In this document: one piece after another, positions 27,472 to 37,791 of the stretch | How positions within the stretch are numbered: the first letter of the stretch is position 1 | How the letters are laid out: each line of letters begins with the position of its first letter | The notes under the pieces: generated by a model | Database searches by the model: none | Told to the model about the DNA's origin: nothing | Seen by the model: the letters and a program-made list of their open reading frames with translations, nothing else | Origin: Candidatus Poribacteria bacterium | Lineage (GTDB): Bacteria > Poribacteria > WGA-4E > PCPOR2b | Direction: 5' to 3' | NCBI GenBank assembly: GCA_965116925.1 | Contig: OZ220744.1 | Coordinates: forward strand, 4,160,001 to 4,224,000 | Length of the DNA: 64,000 nucleotides | Translations under genes and position numbers: made by a program

Positions 27472-28374
27472 TCACGCCGCAGAGGCCTGCATGAGATCCG
27501 TATGGGCAAGGTGCCAATCCTCTATATGATTCAGAAGCACCGCAGAGTTGAGTGTGCCGTCATCTTCACGACCAACGGTTGCGTGAATCTCTATCCGTTT
27601 CTCATCCCTATGGATGCGGTTGCGGATAAAGGTGTTCCATTCATCAGCTTTTTCCCGGTCAATTTCACCGCCATTCTGTTCTAACACCCACGCCTCAAAC
27701 TGAGTGTAGCTAGGCAGGTTTTCACGGATATAGGCGACGGCATCGGCGGGTTCGATTCCAAGTACGCGTAAGACTCGCGGGTCCAATCCGTTTTCGGTCA
27801 TGTCCGGATAGTCCGGGTGAAGCTTGCCTTTCGCTTTCAGTAGGATTTTAACCCAAGTTCGGGGCAGTTGACAGACCTCCAAAGCACCGTAGTCGATGTT
27901 CGCGATCAGTGGTACAACGCGCCCGGTGAGCCCTGCGAAATCGTTATCCAAGTTACGCTCATAGAAAAGCTGCCAATCCTGTAAATTGTTCAGAACCACA
28001 GCGGACGTGATGCCGGCATCATCAGGAAGCCCGATGTCATGATACGTCTCTTCGATTTTCGCTGGACGGTGCTCACGAGATCGGAGTTGTGCGTTCCAAT
28101 CTGCCACCGCTTGTTGGTCAATCTTCCCACCCTTTTGCTGGAGAATCCAAGCCTCAAATTCGAGATAGTTCGGCATATTATCTCGCAGGTAGGCGAGCGT
28201 TGTTTCTTTGTCTAAATCTAAAAGTTCGAGGATCGATGTGTCAAGCCCACCGCTACAGTCGGGATATTCTGCGTCAAGCAGCCCTACCTTTCTGAGGGTG
28301 ACTTTCCACCAGAACCGTGGAAGTTGACAGGCACCTAAGAGACCATAGCCAATGTTGCTAATCAGGGGAACCAT
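27472..28374 (-). CDS. Protein with two tandem DUF5069-like domains
   Basis: Internal duplication: VPLI..I.YG.L..CQLPR.W.K, YPD...GLD, FEAW.L.Q.GG.ID, SAV.LN...DW. Confidence 0.65.
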   Translation of the reverse strand: MVPLISNIGYGLLGACQLPRFWWKVTLRKVGLLDAEYPDCSGGLDTSILELLDLDKETTLAYLRDNMPNYLEFEAWILQQKGGKIDQQAVADWNAQLRSREHRPAKIEETYHDIGLPDDAGITSAVVLNNLQDWQLFYERNLDNDFAGLTGRVVPLIANIDYGALEVCQLPRTWVKILLKAKGKLHPDYPDMTENGLDPRVLRVLGIEPADAVAYIRENLPSYTQFEAWVLEQNGGEIDREKADEWNTFIRNRIHRDEKRIEIHATVGREDDGTLNSAVLLNHIEDWHLAHTDLMQASAA

Positions 28375-28590
28375 ATTATGCTCCTTGTTTTAGTTTGACA
28401 TCGGTAAATTTGTTCTCAACTCTTTTTGATTCCAAAGGTTGTTTTGTTCATTGTATCATGATCACTCTGACTGCATCAACCCCCAGATTGAGTTTCTATT
28501 TAACCTTGACAATGTAATACGTTTGGCATATCCTATATCAATCGGATTTTTGAATAAATTTTACAGTGTCCAATTCTGAGGAGAACAGAG

Positions 28591-29115
28591 ATGGCAGAAA
28601 AAACTTCAGCGAGCACCGAGCAGCATCGGGAGATGGCTGCGGAACACGGTCCTGTGCTCGTAGCAATCGTCACCGTCAGTGATACACGCACACCGGAAAC
28701 AGATAAGAACGCAGCGTACCTCCGCGAACAACTAGCGACAGGCGGAAATGAGGTCGTGGGATATCGCATCATCAAGGATGAACCGGAGCAGGTCAAGGCG
28801 GTCCTGGACGAATTCGCAGCAGGTGATGCACGGATGATCCTTTTCAACGGCGGCACCGGTATTGCCCCACGCGATACAACCTTTGATGTGTTGAATCAAG
28901 CCCTAGAGAAAACCTTACCCGGTTTTGGCGAACTTTTCCGGATGTTCAGCTATGACCAAGTCGGAGCGGCAGCGATGCTATCGCGTGCTACCGCCGGCGT
29001 GTACCGAGGAAAAGTGGTTATTTCGACACCTGGCTCAACGGCTGCAGTACAGTTAGCGTGGGAAAAACTGATCGGACCGGAGTTACAGCATCTGGCATGG
29101 GAGGTCGGACGATAG
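28591..29115 (+). CDS. moaB: Molybdenum cofactor biosynthesis protein MoaB/MogA family
   Basis: [42 protein letters not shown]. Confidence 0.9.
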   Translation: MAEKTSASTEQHREMAAEHGPVLVAIVTVSDTRTPETDKNAAYLREQLATGGNEVVGYRIIKDEPEQVKAVLDEFAAGDARMILFNGGTGIAPRDTTFDVLNQALEKTLPGFGELFRMFSYDQVGAAAMLSRATAGVYRGKVVISTPGSTAAVQLAWEKLIGPELQHLAWEVGR

Positions 29116-29133
29116 GAAAACAGAGCCACTTGG

Positions 29134-29397
29134 TCAATTAGGCTCCTTTTCCTTTGCTAACTGATGGCAGATATGACAGCTGCCAACATTGAGATGCGGC
29201 ATGGTTGGTGATTGCTCGGTCCCACGAAGATGACACTTCAGACAAGCGGCTGGATCTGTGTAAGTTTGGTGATCTGGAATGTCGGAGCGGGCAGGAGCCG
29301 CGTTAAAAAACAGGATAATCATTACAACTGTAAAAATAGCTCCGATGACGCTGACAATAATCAACAGCGTTCGGGCACTGGCTTCTTCCGTTGGCAC
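29134..29397 (-). CDS. Small membrane-anchored diheme c-type cytochrome
   Basis: One TM helix; IPDH...CLKCH...MPH...CHICH; AAGGA RBS. Confidence 0.75.
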   Translation of the reverse strand: MPTEEASARTLLIIVSVIGAIFTVVMIILFFNAAPARSDIPDHQTYTDPAACLKCHLRGTEQSPTMPHLNVGSCHICHQLAKEKEPN

Positions 29398-29445
29398 GTT
29401 TTAGTCCTTCTTAGTTTACTGAAATTAAAATAGGAAAATCGAAAA

Positions 29446-29922
29446 TTGAAATGGAAAATTGAAGTTAGTTATAAACCCGAAACACCGGACGCTATCGGAC
29501 AAGGTATTCTTCAGGATATCGCGGATCTCGGACTTACCGGTGTAGAATCGGTGCACACCGTCCAAATCTACTGGATCGAAGGAGACATTAATTCTCACGC
29601 AATCGAGCGCGTCGGCGCGGAACTGCTTGCTGATCCGGTGACGCAGAATTATGTCTACAGCCGTTCCGACAATCATACCCCAAGACAAGGCGATAGTTCC
29701 GTGTGGACCATCGAGGTACGATTGAAACCGGGGGTAACGGATGCTGTGGGTGATAGTGTTCTCAAGGGGCTGCGCGATATGGGAATCCCAGATGTCCAAA
29801 CCGCACAGACAGGACAGAAATACCGGATACACGGAGACTTAGATCAACCCAAACTTGAAATGATTGCACAGCAGCTGCTTGCAAACGACGTTATACAAAT
29901 ATTTGAGATCTGGCGCGGTTAA
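29446..29922 (+). CDS. purS: Tandem PurS-like domain protein (FGAM synthase subunit)
   Basis: Two repeats of IEVxxKP..D..G......LLA(D/N)xV; TTG start. Confidence 0.7.
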   Translation: MKWKIEVSYKPETPDAIGQGILQDIADLGLTGVESVHTVQIYWIEGDINSHAIERVGAELLADPVTQNYVYSRSDNHTPRQGDSSVWTIEVRLKPGVTDAVGDSVLKGLRDMGIPDVQTAQTGQKYRIHGDLDQPKLEMIAQQLLANDVIQIFEIWRG

Positions 29923-29976
29923 TGTGCTGCTAACCCGTAGGTGCTTACTTTTTAGGCCATCGGCGTGATACTAACA

Positions 29977-31335
29977 TCATTTTTTACCCACTAGTCTTTT
30001 GGTCTTCCATGTCCCCCGTCTAAACCACAACCACATCAACATACCTTGTACAACATTTGATAGGGCGATGCCAATCCAGACTCCCGTAATTCCCACTAAA
30101 TAGGAAAGCGAGATCACTAGCAACAGTCCAATACCGAGTTGACAGATGAATGTCATCACCATGGGGGAAACGGTATCGCCCGCCCCGTTGAGGGCACGAC
30201 CAAATACGATAGAAATCGCGATAAATGCAAAAGTGGCTGATAGGTATCGGAGGTAAACACTCCCGACAGTGATAACTTCCGTTTGTCCAGTAAACACCCT
30301 AATACAAAAATGGGGGAAAAGAAACAGTAAGCTTCCAAGCACAGCCATAAGTACCGTTGCCAATCCACCGGCAAGATTGGCAGATTTTTCTGCCCTGTCA
30401 ATCTGACCTGCTCCGATATTCTGCCCCACCATGGGTGCGACAGCGTTTGCGAATCCGAAACCCAAGTGCATCACGAGGATGCGAAGGCGCATACAGATAG
30501 CGTAGGCAGCCACAGCGTTCGTTCCATAAATCGCCACAACTCGAATAAACCCCAACCGGGAGGCGTGTCTCAAAAATCCTTGCATTGAGCTAAAAATTCC
30601 GAGGCGCAGGATTTGACCCATTACTAACAGGTCAACGCGGCGCTTAACGTGCTTCAATGAGATGACGCTGCGCCCGATGAAACAGAGGTAAAGGAAAATC
30701 ACAACGCCGGCACTTCTGCCAATCACGCTTGCATAAGCGGATCCTGCAACACCCAGACGCGGAAATTTCCAAATCCCAAATATCAGCAAGGGATCAAGAA
30801 CAATGTTTAAGACCGTTGAAACAATCATGACGACCATCGGTGTCAGTGAATCTCCACCCGCCCTGAAAACGGAACCCAATGTCATTGATACGAACATCAT
30901 GACACCACCGAGCAGTGTGATACGCAAGTAAGGAACGCCCAGTCGTACCACCTCTTCCTCTGCTCCGAGTAACCTCAATCCAATTTCAGCGAGCGGAACG
31001 CCTATACACGCAATTGCAAGGGGGCATACAATGCTCAAAATGAGTGCCTGCATCGCGATGTTCTCCCCTTGCTCTCTCTGCTGTGCACCGATTGACTGAG
31101 AAACCAGAACGACCGTTCCCATGGAGATGCCAAGTGAAAGCACGCTAATCAGTCGCTGAAGATTCGAGCTCATATCAACAGCGGAAATCGCTTCGGCTCC
31201 CAATTTTCCGACGAAGATCATATCGACGACACTGAAAGAGTCCTGCAAAATATTGCTGAGAGCAATGGGCCAAGCGAGATGTATAAGGTTCTTGAAAATA
31301 CTCCCTTGGGTCAGGTCATGCCTCGATTTCTTCAT
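29977..31335 (-). CDS. MATE family efflux transporter
   Basis: DLTQGSI, VDMIFVGKLG, LNIVLDPLLIFG, VGQNIGAG; ~12 TM helices. Confidence 0.9.
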   Translation of the reverse strand: MKKSRHDLTQGSIFKNLIHLAWPIALSNILQDSFSVVDMIFVGKLGAEAISAVDMSSNLQRLISVLSLGISMGTVVLVSQSIGAQQREQGENIAMQALILSIVCPLAIACIGVPLAEIGLRLLGAEEEVVRLGVPYLRITLLGGVMMFVSMTLGSVFRAGGDSLTPMVVMIVSTVLNIVLDPLLIFGIWKFPRLGVAGSAYASVIGRSAGVVIFLYLCFIGRSVISLKHVKRRVDLLVMGQILRLGIFSSMQGFLRHASRLGFIRVVAIYGTNAVAAYAICMRLRILVMHLGFGFANAVAPMVGQNIGAGQIDRAEKSANLAGGLATVLMAVLGSLLFLFPHFCIRVFTGQTEVITVGSVYLRYLSATFAFIAISIVFGRALNGAGDTVSPMVMTFICQLGIGLLLVISLSYLVGITGVWIGIALSNVVQGMLMWLWFRRGTWKTKRLVGKK

Positions 31336-31623
31336 AGATAGCTTTCTCTCCAGTGTGTTGATGCGCTTTCGACGACTCAAATCGCCCTTTGTTTAGCGAC
31401 TTGAGTCGAATACACGAAAATCTCCTTCTCGCATTTTCTTTGATCGCGCACGGATAACTTGGATTAGCACCTGCAAACCAAAACCGATAGATCTGCCAAT
31501 TCGTCAGAAATTTTACCAGTTATTTTATTGTGTCACATCTTCACAAATTTCGGCAAGAATTATCTGTTTGAATTTCGGTTGTTAATTTTTAGAAAAAACT
31601 ATCGAAATTCTGTTAAAAAACTG

Positions 31624-31652
31624 TTGACAGATCATAAATAATCGTTTATCAT
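31624..31652 (+). promoter_or_regulatory. sigma70 promoter of nrdR-nrdJ
   Basis: TTGACA-N17-TATCAT. Confidence 0.65.
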
Positions 31653-31662
31653 ATTAGCCCTA

Positions 31663-31709
31663 ATCGCACATATTGTATGACAAAAGAAATTATACACAAT
31701 ATATTGGTG
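31663..31709 (+). promoter_or_regulatory. Tandem NrdR boxes
   Basis: ACACAATATATTGGTG at 31694 fits acaCwAtATaTwGtgt; degenerate copy 31 bp upstream. Confidence 0.7.
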
Positions 31710-31713
31710 TTCT

Positions 31714-32169
31714 ATGAAATGCCCATACTGCAATGGTTCAAGCATAAGAGTCATCGACAAGCGGGATACTGACGGAGGGACTGCCATCCGTAGACGCCGA
31801 GCGTGTCTCCATTGCTCAAAACGGTTTACAACGTATGAGCGGGCTGAAGTGTTGGATCTTTTCATTATCAAGAAGGACCAGCGCCGCGAAGCTTTTGACC
31901 GGCAAAAGCTAAAGCGCAATATCATGAAGGCGTGTGAAAAACGCTCGATTAGTCAAGAAACCATCGATCGCCTGATTGGGGATGTCGAACAACAAATTAT
32001 CGGTATGCACAAATCCGAAGTCGAAAGTCATATCATCGGTGAAATTGTTATGGATGCGCTCAAAAGTTTGGATAGTGTCGCATATATTCGGTTTGCTTCT
32101 GTTTACCGTGATTTCAAGGATGCAGCAGATTTTGAAAACGAGCTCCGTCAATTGACACCTAATGATTAG
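31714..32169 (+). CDS. nrdR: Transcriptional repressor NrdR
   Basis: MKCPYC, IRRRRACLHCSKRFTTYE, ATP cone, VAYIRFASVYR. Confidence 0.97.
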   Translation: MKCPYCNGSSIRVIDKRDTDGGTAIRRRRACLHCSKRFTTYERAEVLDLFIIKKDQRREAFDRQKLKRNIMKACEKRSISQETIDRLIGDVEQQIIGMHKSEVESHIIGEIVMDALKSLDSVAYIRFASVYRDFKDAADFENELRQLTPND

Positions 32170-32280
32170 ATTAATGAAACCGATAGTTCAGGAAGAACGT
32201 TAGATTAAGGGGAATTATAAACGAATTACAGGTAAGCGAATTGCTGAATCTGTCAATTTTTTTAGCAATCATAGAAAGAA

Positions 32281-35200
32281 ATGAAAGGAATCAAAATGTC
32301 CCAAGCCAACAATTTTGGTGTTAATCAGGATTCGATAGTTGGTGCCCCATCGGATAAGACTGCTGACATCAAACCCTCTGCTCTTGAAGAAACTGCACAA
32401 CAACAGGGCTTGAAAATCGATCGACGGTATACCTTGCCCGGTGTGCATCCATTCGATACAATCGAGTGGGAACCTCGAAGTTCGGTAATCTATAATGAAA
32501 AAGGCGAGGCAATCTTCGAGAAAGACGAGGTGGAGGTCCCATCGAACTGGTCGCAGTTGGCAGCGGATATTGCGGTGTCCAAATATTTCCGTAAAGCGGG
32601 TGTGCCTGAAACGGATAGCGAAACAAGCGTTCGTCAACTCATCCAACGGGTCGCTCATACCATCCGCCACGCTGGCGAAGCCTTTGGCGGCTACTTTGCC
32701 ACACCGGAGGATGCTGATGCCTTTGAGATGGAACTGACAGATCTGCTCGTGATGCAACGCGGTGCGTTTAATTCGCCGGTCTGGTTTAACTGCGGACTAT
32801 ATCATCAATATGGAATTATAGGCGGAACCGGCAACTGGTATTGGGACGTTGAAAAGAACGGTGTGGTCCAGACAGAAAACAACTACGACCACCCACAATG
32901 CAGCGCGTGCTTCATACAATCTGTTGACGATGACCTGATGTCGATTTTCCAGTTGGTCAAAAATGAGGCGCGTGTCTTTAAATACGGTTCAGGGACCGGA
33001 ACGAATTTTTTTAAGATCAGAGGACGGCAAGAAAAACTCTCCGGCGGTGGGACAAGTAGCGGACTGATGTCTTTTCTTGAGGTTTTTGATCGGGGAGCAG
33101 GGGCGACCAAATCTGGAGGGACTACCAGACGCGCGGCAAAGATGGTATGCCTTGATATGGATCACCCAGAAATCGTTGACTTCATCAACTGGAAAGTGAA
33201 TGAGGAAAAGAAAGTAGCAGCGCTTGTCGCTGCTGGTTATCCCTCTGACTTCAATGGGGAAGCGTATAAGACTGTCTCAGGGCAAAACTCAAATAACTCT
33301 GTCCGAATCACGGACGATTTCATGAATGCCTATCTACGCGGTGATAAATGGTATACGACGCTGCGTACGACGGGCGAAATCTGCGAAACATTTGAAGCCA
33401 AAGATCTCATGCGTCAAATCTCCGAAGCCGCTTGGGCTTGTGCGGATCCGGGGGTGCAATTTGACACGACGATTAACGACTGGCACACCTGTGCGAATAC
33501 CGATCGAATTTATAGTAGTAATCCATGTTCAGAATATATGTTCCTTGATGACTCCGCATGTAATCTCGCTTCTATCAATCTACTCAAATTCGTCGATGAA
33601 GATGGAAACTTTGATATCGAAGGGTTCAAGCATGCTTGCCGAATCTTCTTCATCGGTCAGGAGATCCTTGTGGATTTCTCCTCCTATCCAACCGGGCCAA
33701 TCGCTCAAAATAGCCACGACTATCGACCACTCGGATTGGGATATGCCAATCTGGGAACTTTGCTGATGGTCAACGGTATCCCCTACGACAGCGAAGAAGG
33801 ATATGCGATCGCCGGCGCGCTCACGGCAATCCTCTGTGGTGAGGCGTATCGAACATCCGCTGAGATGGCCGCGGTCAAAGGGCCCTTCCCTAGTTTCGAG
33901 AAGAACCGCGAACCGATGCTGCATGTGATGAGTAAACATCGTTCTGCAGCCTATCGCATTAACCCAGATGTCTGCCCGCCGAACCTATTGAAGGCAGCAC
34001 AACAGACATGGGATGATGCGGTTGAAATGGGTGAGCGCTACGGCTATCGGAATGCACAGGCAACAGTGCTAGCACCTACCGGCACCATAGGGTTGCTGAT
34101 GGAATGCGATACGACCGGCGTTGAACCTGAATTCGCGCTCGTGAAATTCAAGAAGTTGGCGGGTGGCGGTTACTTTAAGATTATCAACCAGTCCGTGCCT
34201 CGTGCGCTGAAGAAACTTGGTTATACGGACGAGGAGATTGACGATATTGTAACTTATGTGCAAGGGACTTCCTCGCTGATCGGTTCGTCGCATATCAATA
34301 ATGTTTCACTTAGACGGAAGGGTTTGACTGATGAGGAGCTCGGTCAGATTGAAGCGACGTTACCCTCCGTCTTTGAGTTGGTACATGCGTTTAACGCCTA
34401 CACCATTGGAGAGGAAGGGATGGCGCGTCTCGGATTTGATCCTGAGCAATATAACGCGTCGGATTTTGACCTTTTAAGTGAATTGGGATTTACACAGCAG
34501 CAGATTGAAGAAGCAAGCAAGGTAATTTGTGGCATGATGACTATCGAAGGTGCACCGCATCTGAAAGCTGAACACCTACCCATTTTCGATTGTGCCAACA
34601 AGTGTGGGAATTATGGTCAACGTTATATTGAGCCGATGGCACATGTTCGCATGGTCGCCGCGACGCAGCCATTCTTGAGTGGGTCGATATCCAAAACCAT
34701 CAACATGCCCCACGAGACAACGGTTGAAGAGGTCGAGAACCTTTACGTTGAGGCGTGGAAACTGGGACTGAAGGCGGTGGCACTCTATCGGGATGGATCG
34801 AAACTGTCGCAACCTCTCAGCACAACGAGAGCAGAAACAGGGGAAGAGGAACAGGAAACGCGCCCCATCCGCCGTCGTCTACCCAATGAACGCGCTTCAA
34901 TCACCCATAAATTCAGCGTTGCCGGTCACGAAGGCTATATCACGGTCGGATTTTACGAAGATGGCACACCGGGCGAGGTGTTTCTCAAAATGTCTAAGGA
35001 AGGCTCCGTCATCTCTGGGTTGATGGATACGATTGCGACAATGACCTCTATCTCGTTGCAGTACGGTGTCCCACTGGAATCGCTGGTCAATAAGTTTAGC
35101 CATGTCGGATTTGAGCCTGCGGGATTCACCAACAATAAGGATATCCCGATAGCAAAGTCAATCATTGACTATGTATTCCGTTGGCTAGCACTGAAATTCC

Positions 35201-35451
35201 TGCCCCAAAGCGAGATGCTTGCCGAGGAAGACGAGCGTCTTGGTGATCAGCTTGCCCAACCAGAGCAGCTACACCCTTATGGAGATGATATTAATCAGGA
35301 AGAGAATGCCCAGAAGCTAGAAGCGCGCGAAAAACGCGTCGCAGCGATGCAGTCGGACGCGCCTCCTTGCCATGATTGTGGGACAATCATGGTGCGGAAC
35401 GGCACCTGTTATCGTTGTCTGAATTGCGGTGCGACGAGTGGGTGTTCGTAG
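32281..35451 (+). CDS. nrdJ: Vitamin B12-dependent (class II) ribonucleotide reductase
   Basis: FNSPVWFN, PQCSACFI, SNPCSEY, APTGTIG, ALYRDGSK; TSCPD-like domain and C-terminal CxxC...CxxC...GCS; start may be 32296. Confidence 0.95.
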   Translation: MKGIKMSQANNFGVNQDSIVGAPSDKTADIKPSALEETAQQQGLKIDRRYTLPGVHPFDTIEWEPRSSVIYNEKGEAIFEKDEVEVPSNWSQLAADIAVSKYFRKAGVPETDSETSVRQLIQRVAHTIRHAGEAFGGYFATPEDADAFEMELTDLLVMQRGAFNSPVWFNCGLYHQYGIIGGTGNWYWDVEKNGVVQTENNYDHPQCSACFIQSVDDDLMSIFQLVKNEARVFKYGSGTGTNFFKIRGRQEKLSGGGTSSGLMSFLEVFDRGAGATKSGGTTRRAAKMVCLDMDHPEIVDFINWKVNEEKKVAALVAAGYPSDFNGEAYKTVSGQNSNNSVRITDDFMNAYLRGDKWYTTLRTTGEICETFEAKDLMRQISEAAWACADPGVQFDTTINDWHTCANTDRIYSSNPCSEYMFLDDSACNLASINLLKFVDEDGNFDIEGFKHACRIFFIGQEILVDFSSYPTGPIAQNSHDYRPLGLGYANLGTLLMVNGIPYDSEEGYAIAGALTAILCGEAYRTSAEMAAVKGPFPSFEKNREPMLHVMSKHRSAAYRINPDVCPPNLLKAAQQTWDDAVEMGERYGYRNAQATVLAPTGTIGLLMECDTTGVEPEFALVKFKKLAGGGYFKIINQSVPRALKKLGYTDEEIDDIVTYVQGTSSLIGSSHINNVSLRRKGLTDEELGQIEATLPSVFELVHAFNAYTIGEEGMARLGFDPEQYNASDFDLLSELGFTQQQIEEASKVICGMMTIEGAPHLKAEHLPIFDCANKCGNYGQRYIEPMAHVRMVAATQPFLSGSISKTINMPHETTVEEVENLYVEAWKLGLKAVALYRDGSKLSQPLSTTRAETGEEEQETRPIRRRLPNERASITHKFSVAGHEGYITVGFYEDGTPGEVFLKMSKEGSVISGLMDTIATMTSISLQYGVPLESLVNKFSHVGFEPAGFTNNKDIPIAKSIIDYVFRWLALKFLPQSEMLAEEDERLGDQLAQPEQLHPYGDDINQEENAQKLEAREKRVAAMQSDAPPCHDCGTIMVRNGTCYRCLNCGATSGCS

Positions 35452-35460
35452 GGCTGAAAT

Positions 35461-36054
35461 GTGAAGCAGATGCACCGAACACTCAGAAGCATTGTTGAAG
35501 AAGCGTGTAAAAAAGAAACCAACAAGTATGGATATGGTATTTGGAGTCATCACATCGTACTTGTTGTAAAATACGGCAAGCTGCTAGCACAGAAGTTGGA
35601 AGCAGATTCAGAGATTGTCGAAATTGCTGCTTTGTTACACGACTATGCCAGTATCAAGAAAAAATCCCTTACCCCAGACCACCATCTTCATAGTGCTCGC
35701 GAGGCTGATAAAATCTTAAAATCTCTCGGTTATCCTAACGATAAGATAACCGCCGTCAAGCAGTGCATTGTTTCTCATCGAGGGAGTATTGATATAGAGA
35801 AACAAACAGTAGAAGCAGTTTGCCTTGCCAGTGCTGATGCCATAGCTCATATTGATCAAATTCCATCTTTGTTTTATCTTGTTTTTGTGCAACATCAGAT
35901 GGATATTGACGAAGGAACAGCTTGGATAAAGGCAAAATTAGAACGAAGTTGGAATAAGTTATGCCCTGAAGGCAAGGAAATGATTAAGGACAAATATGAA
36001 GCTGCTAAGAAGATTGTACAACAAGTGAAACTACTGGACGGGGATCAACATTGA
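35461..36054 (+). CDS. HD-domain metal-dependent phosphohydrolase
   Basis: HI..V, AALLHD, SHR, SADA motifs. Confidence 0.8.
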   Translation: MKQMHRTLRSIVEEACKKETNKYGYGIWSHHIVLVVKYGKLLAQKLEADSEIVEIAALLHDYASIKKKSLTPDHHLHSAREADKILKSLGYPNDKITAVKQCIVSHRGSIDIEKQTVEAVCLASADAIAHIDQIPSLFYLVFVQHQMDIDEGTAWIKAKLERSWNKLCPEGKEMIKDKYEAAKKIVQQVKLLDGDQH

Positions 36055-36147
36055 GAACCGAGACCTTCGCTAGCGTTCCTTCCAGGTAAGTATCACTAAG
36101 GTCCATGCCAATACCGGGAAACAACATCCAACCCTCCTGTCGTTCAA

Positions 36148-37050
36148 CTATCCGTAGATTAGGCGCAGTAGATTAAAGCCAATCATCCCCGCCACAATCA
36201 AAACAATAAACGCAAAACAGAAGCGGATTGAATCGCCCTGTATTCTTTGATTTGCGATTACCCCCACCTGTGCACAGATTGTGGACCCAACCAGCAAAAA
36301 CACAACCAGCCATAAATCGACATTGCCCCGCATTGCATGGGTAACAGTCCCATAAGCAGCAGAAAAAAATACGATAAGCGAAGTTGTGCCAACCGCTGCA
36401 TGCGTCTCAACGCCATACCCATAGATCAGTAGCGGCACGAAGAGGATACCGCCGCCGATCCCGAGCAATCCTGTGAAAATACCGATAACGAGTGCTGAGT
36501 AAACAATTGCCGGGAGTGAGATTCGGCGAACACCGGTGATGGGAAAGGAAACGTAAGGTGGGATCGGTAGGTCTTGAAGTAAGCTGAGTGGCTGTTTGTG
36601 ATCGCTTTTTCTTCTGTGAATCAGCGATTCGATGAGAATCAATCCTGAAACGGTGATAAGCACTCCGAAGAAGAGCCATTGCAAGTAAAACTGAAGCGCG
36701 GGCATTGATTGCTTTCCGACACTAATCTCTCCCAGTTTCTCCAGCCAGTCGAGCAGATATACCCCAATCTCAATACCGACAAAATTACCTCCCACAATCA
36801 TCAATGCTAGTTTCGCATCTATATTGCCGAATTTCCAATATCGCAATACGGCAGAGAAAGTGGTGCCGGCCGTCCGAGAAAGCGTACTTCCGATGCAAAT
36901 TGGGAAGGGAATGCCGAACAAGATATTGAGGATCGGGGTGATTAGTGGTCCGCCGCCGATCCCAAAGAAACCAGATAGGAAACCGCTGATGCACCCTAAA
37001 GCAATCAACCCCAAGATATTAATAGGTATGCCACTGATATCGACGTTCAT
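36148..37050 (-). CDS. TauE/SafE (TSUP) sulfite-exporter family membrane protein
   Basis: Duplicated G.FGIGGG / GLLGIGGG motifs; multiple TM helices. Confidence 0.9.
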   Translation of the reverse strand: MNVDISGIPINILGLIALGCISGFLSGFFGIGGGPLITPILNILFGIPFPICIGSTLSRTAGTTFSAVLRYWKFGNIDAKLALMIVGGNFVGIEIGVYLLDWLEKLGEISVGKQSMPALQFYLQWLFFGVLITVSGLILIESLIHRRKSDHKQPLSLLQDLPIPPYVSFPITGVRRISLPAIVYSALVIGIFTGLLGIGGGILFVPLLIYGYGVETHAAVGTTSLIVFFSAAYGTVTHAMRGNVDLWLVVFLLVGSTICAQVGVIANQRIQGDSIRFCFAFIVLIVAGMIGFNLLRLIYG

Positions 37051-37064
37051 CTAGCGCTATAAAG

Positions 37065-37205
37065 TCAAATGTGATAATCAATTTTAGGGTTGTGGGGAGT
37101 TGAACGGCCGGTACGACGTTCGAGAAAGGTAAAGATCCAGTTAATGAGTGCCCCCCAAGCTATCGGAAAGAGTAAACAGATTAGAACGTTAAAAATGCCT
37201 TTCAT
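37065..37205 (-). CDS. Small single-TM protein (46 aa)
   Basis: Manual translation MKGIFNVLICLLFPIAWGALINWIFTFLERRTGRSTPHNPKIDYHI; GGAG RBS; stop 14 bp before the TauE start. Confidence 0.6.
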   Translation of the reverse strand: MKGIFNVLICLLFPIAWGALINWIFTFLERRTGRSTPHNPKIDYHI

Positions 37206-37791
37206 GTAGGACTCCAATTCGATGGAACATCAAAATCTGCTCGTACCGCACGGCAAAAGTTTGTGACCCCTCCCAAGTTCCCTCCGTATCCGTCCGATTC
37301 CTCCAACATCTTGAGAGTTCTAGACCGCTACTAGGAGAGATATTGGAGATTTATGCCGTCGTATACGCGCCCATCCAAAGTATAGAGGAAAGCTGTGCCA
37401 TTGTAAAGGGAAAAATTGATCGAATTCTTTTTGCTTGCATTTCCTATGGGGGTGTGCTACAATCACCAAGATTTTTAGGAATTTTCAAATCGGGTCGAGG
37501 TTTAGTAGATGACACCTTAATGGGTCCCTCCTTTTCTCAATCAAGAAGATTCTGAAAAATTTGAAGCTGACTGTCAATCCGTTTGGTTGATTCGGGTTAA
37601 GATGTTTGTCAGTTTGGATGCCGATGCTTACCTCCTAGCACGACTTCAAGGGTAAACGACATGAAGGGGACCTACAGAGGAACCGAGTAAATGACATCAG
37701 AGCCAGCTCATACAAACAAAAGTTTTACAGATCTGCTTAATGGCATATCTCTGCGATGTTTTTGGTTAGACTGACACCGTAAGGAGTTTTT

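Noticed and set aside
37540..37790. Riboswitch or ncRNA upstream of the EF-G paralogue
   Set aside because: No recognisable motif or convincing structure by eye.
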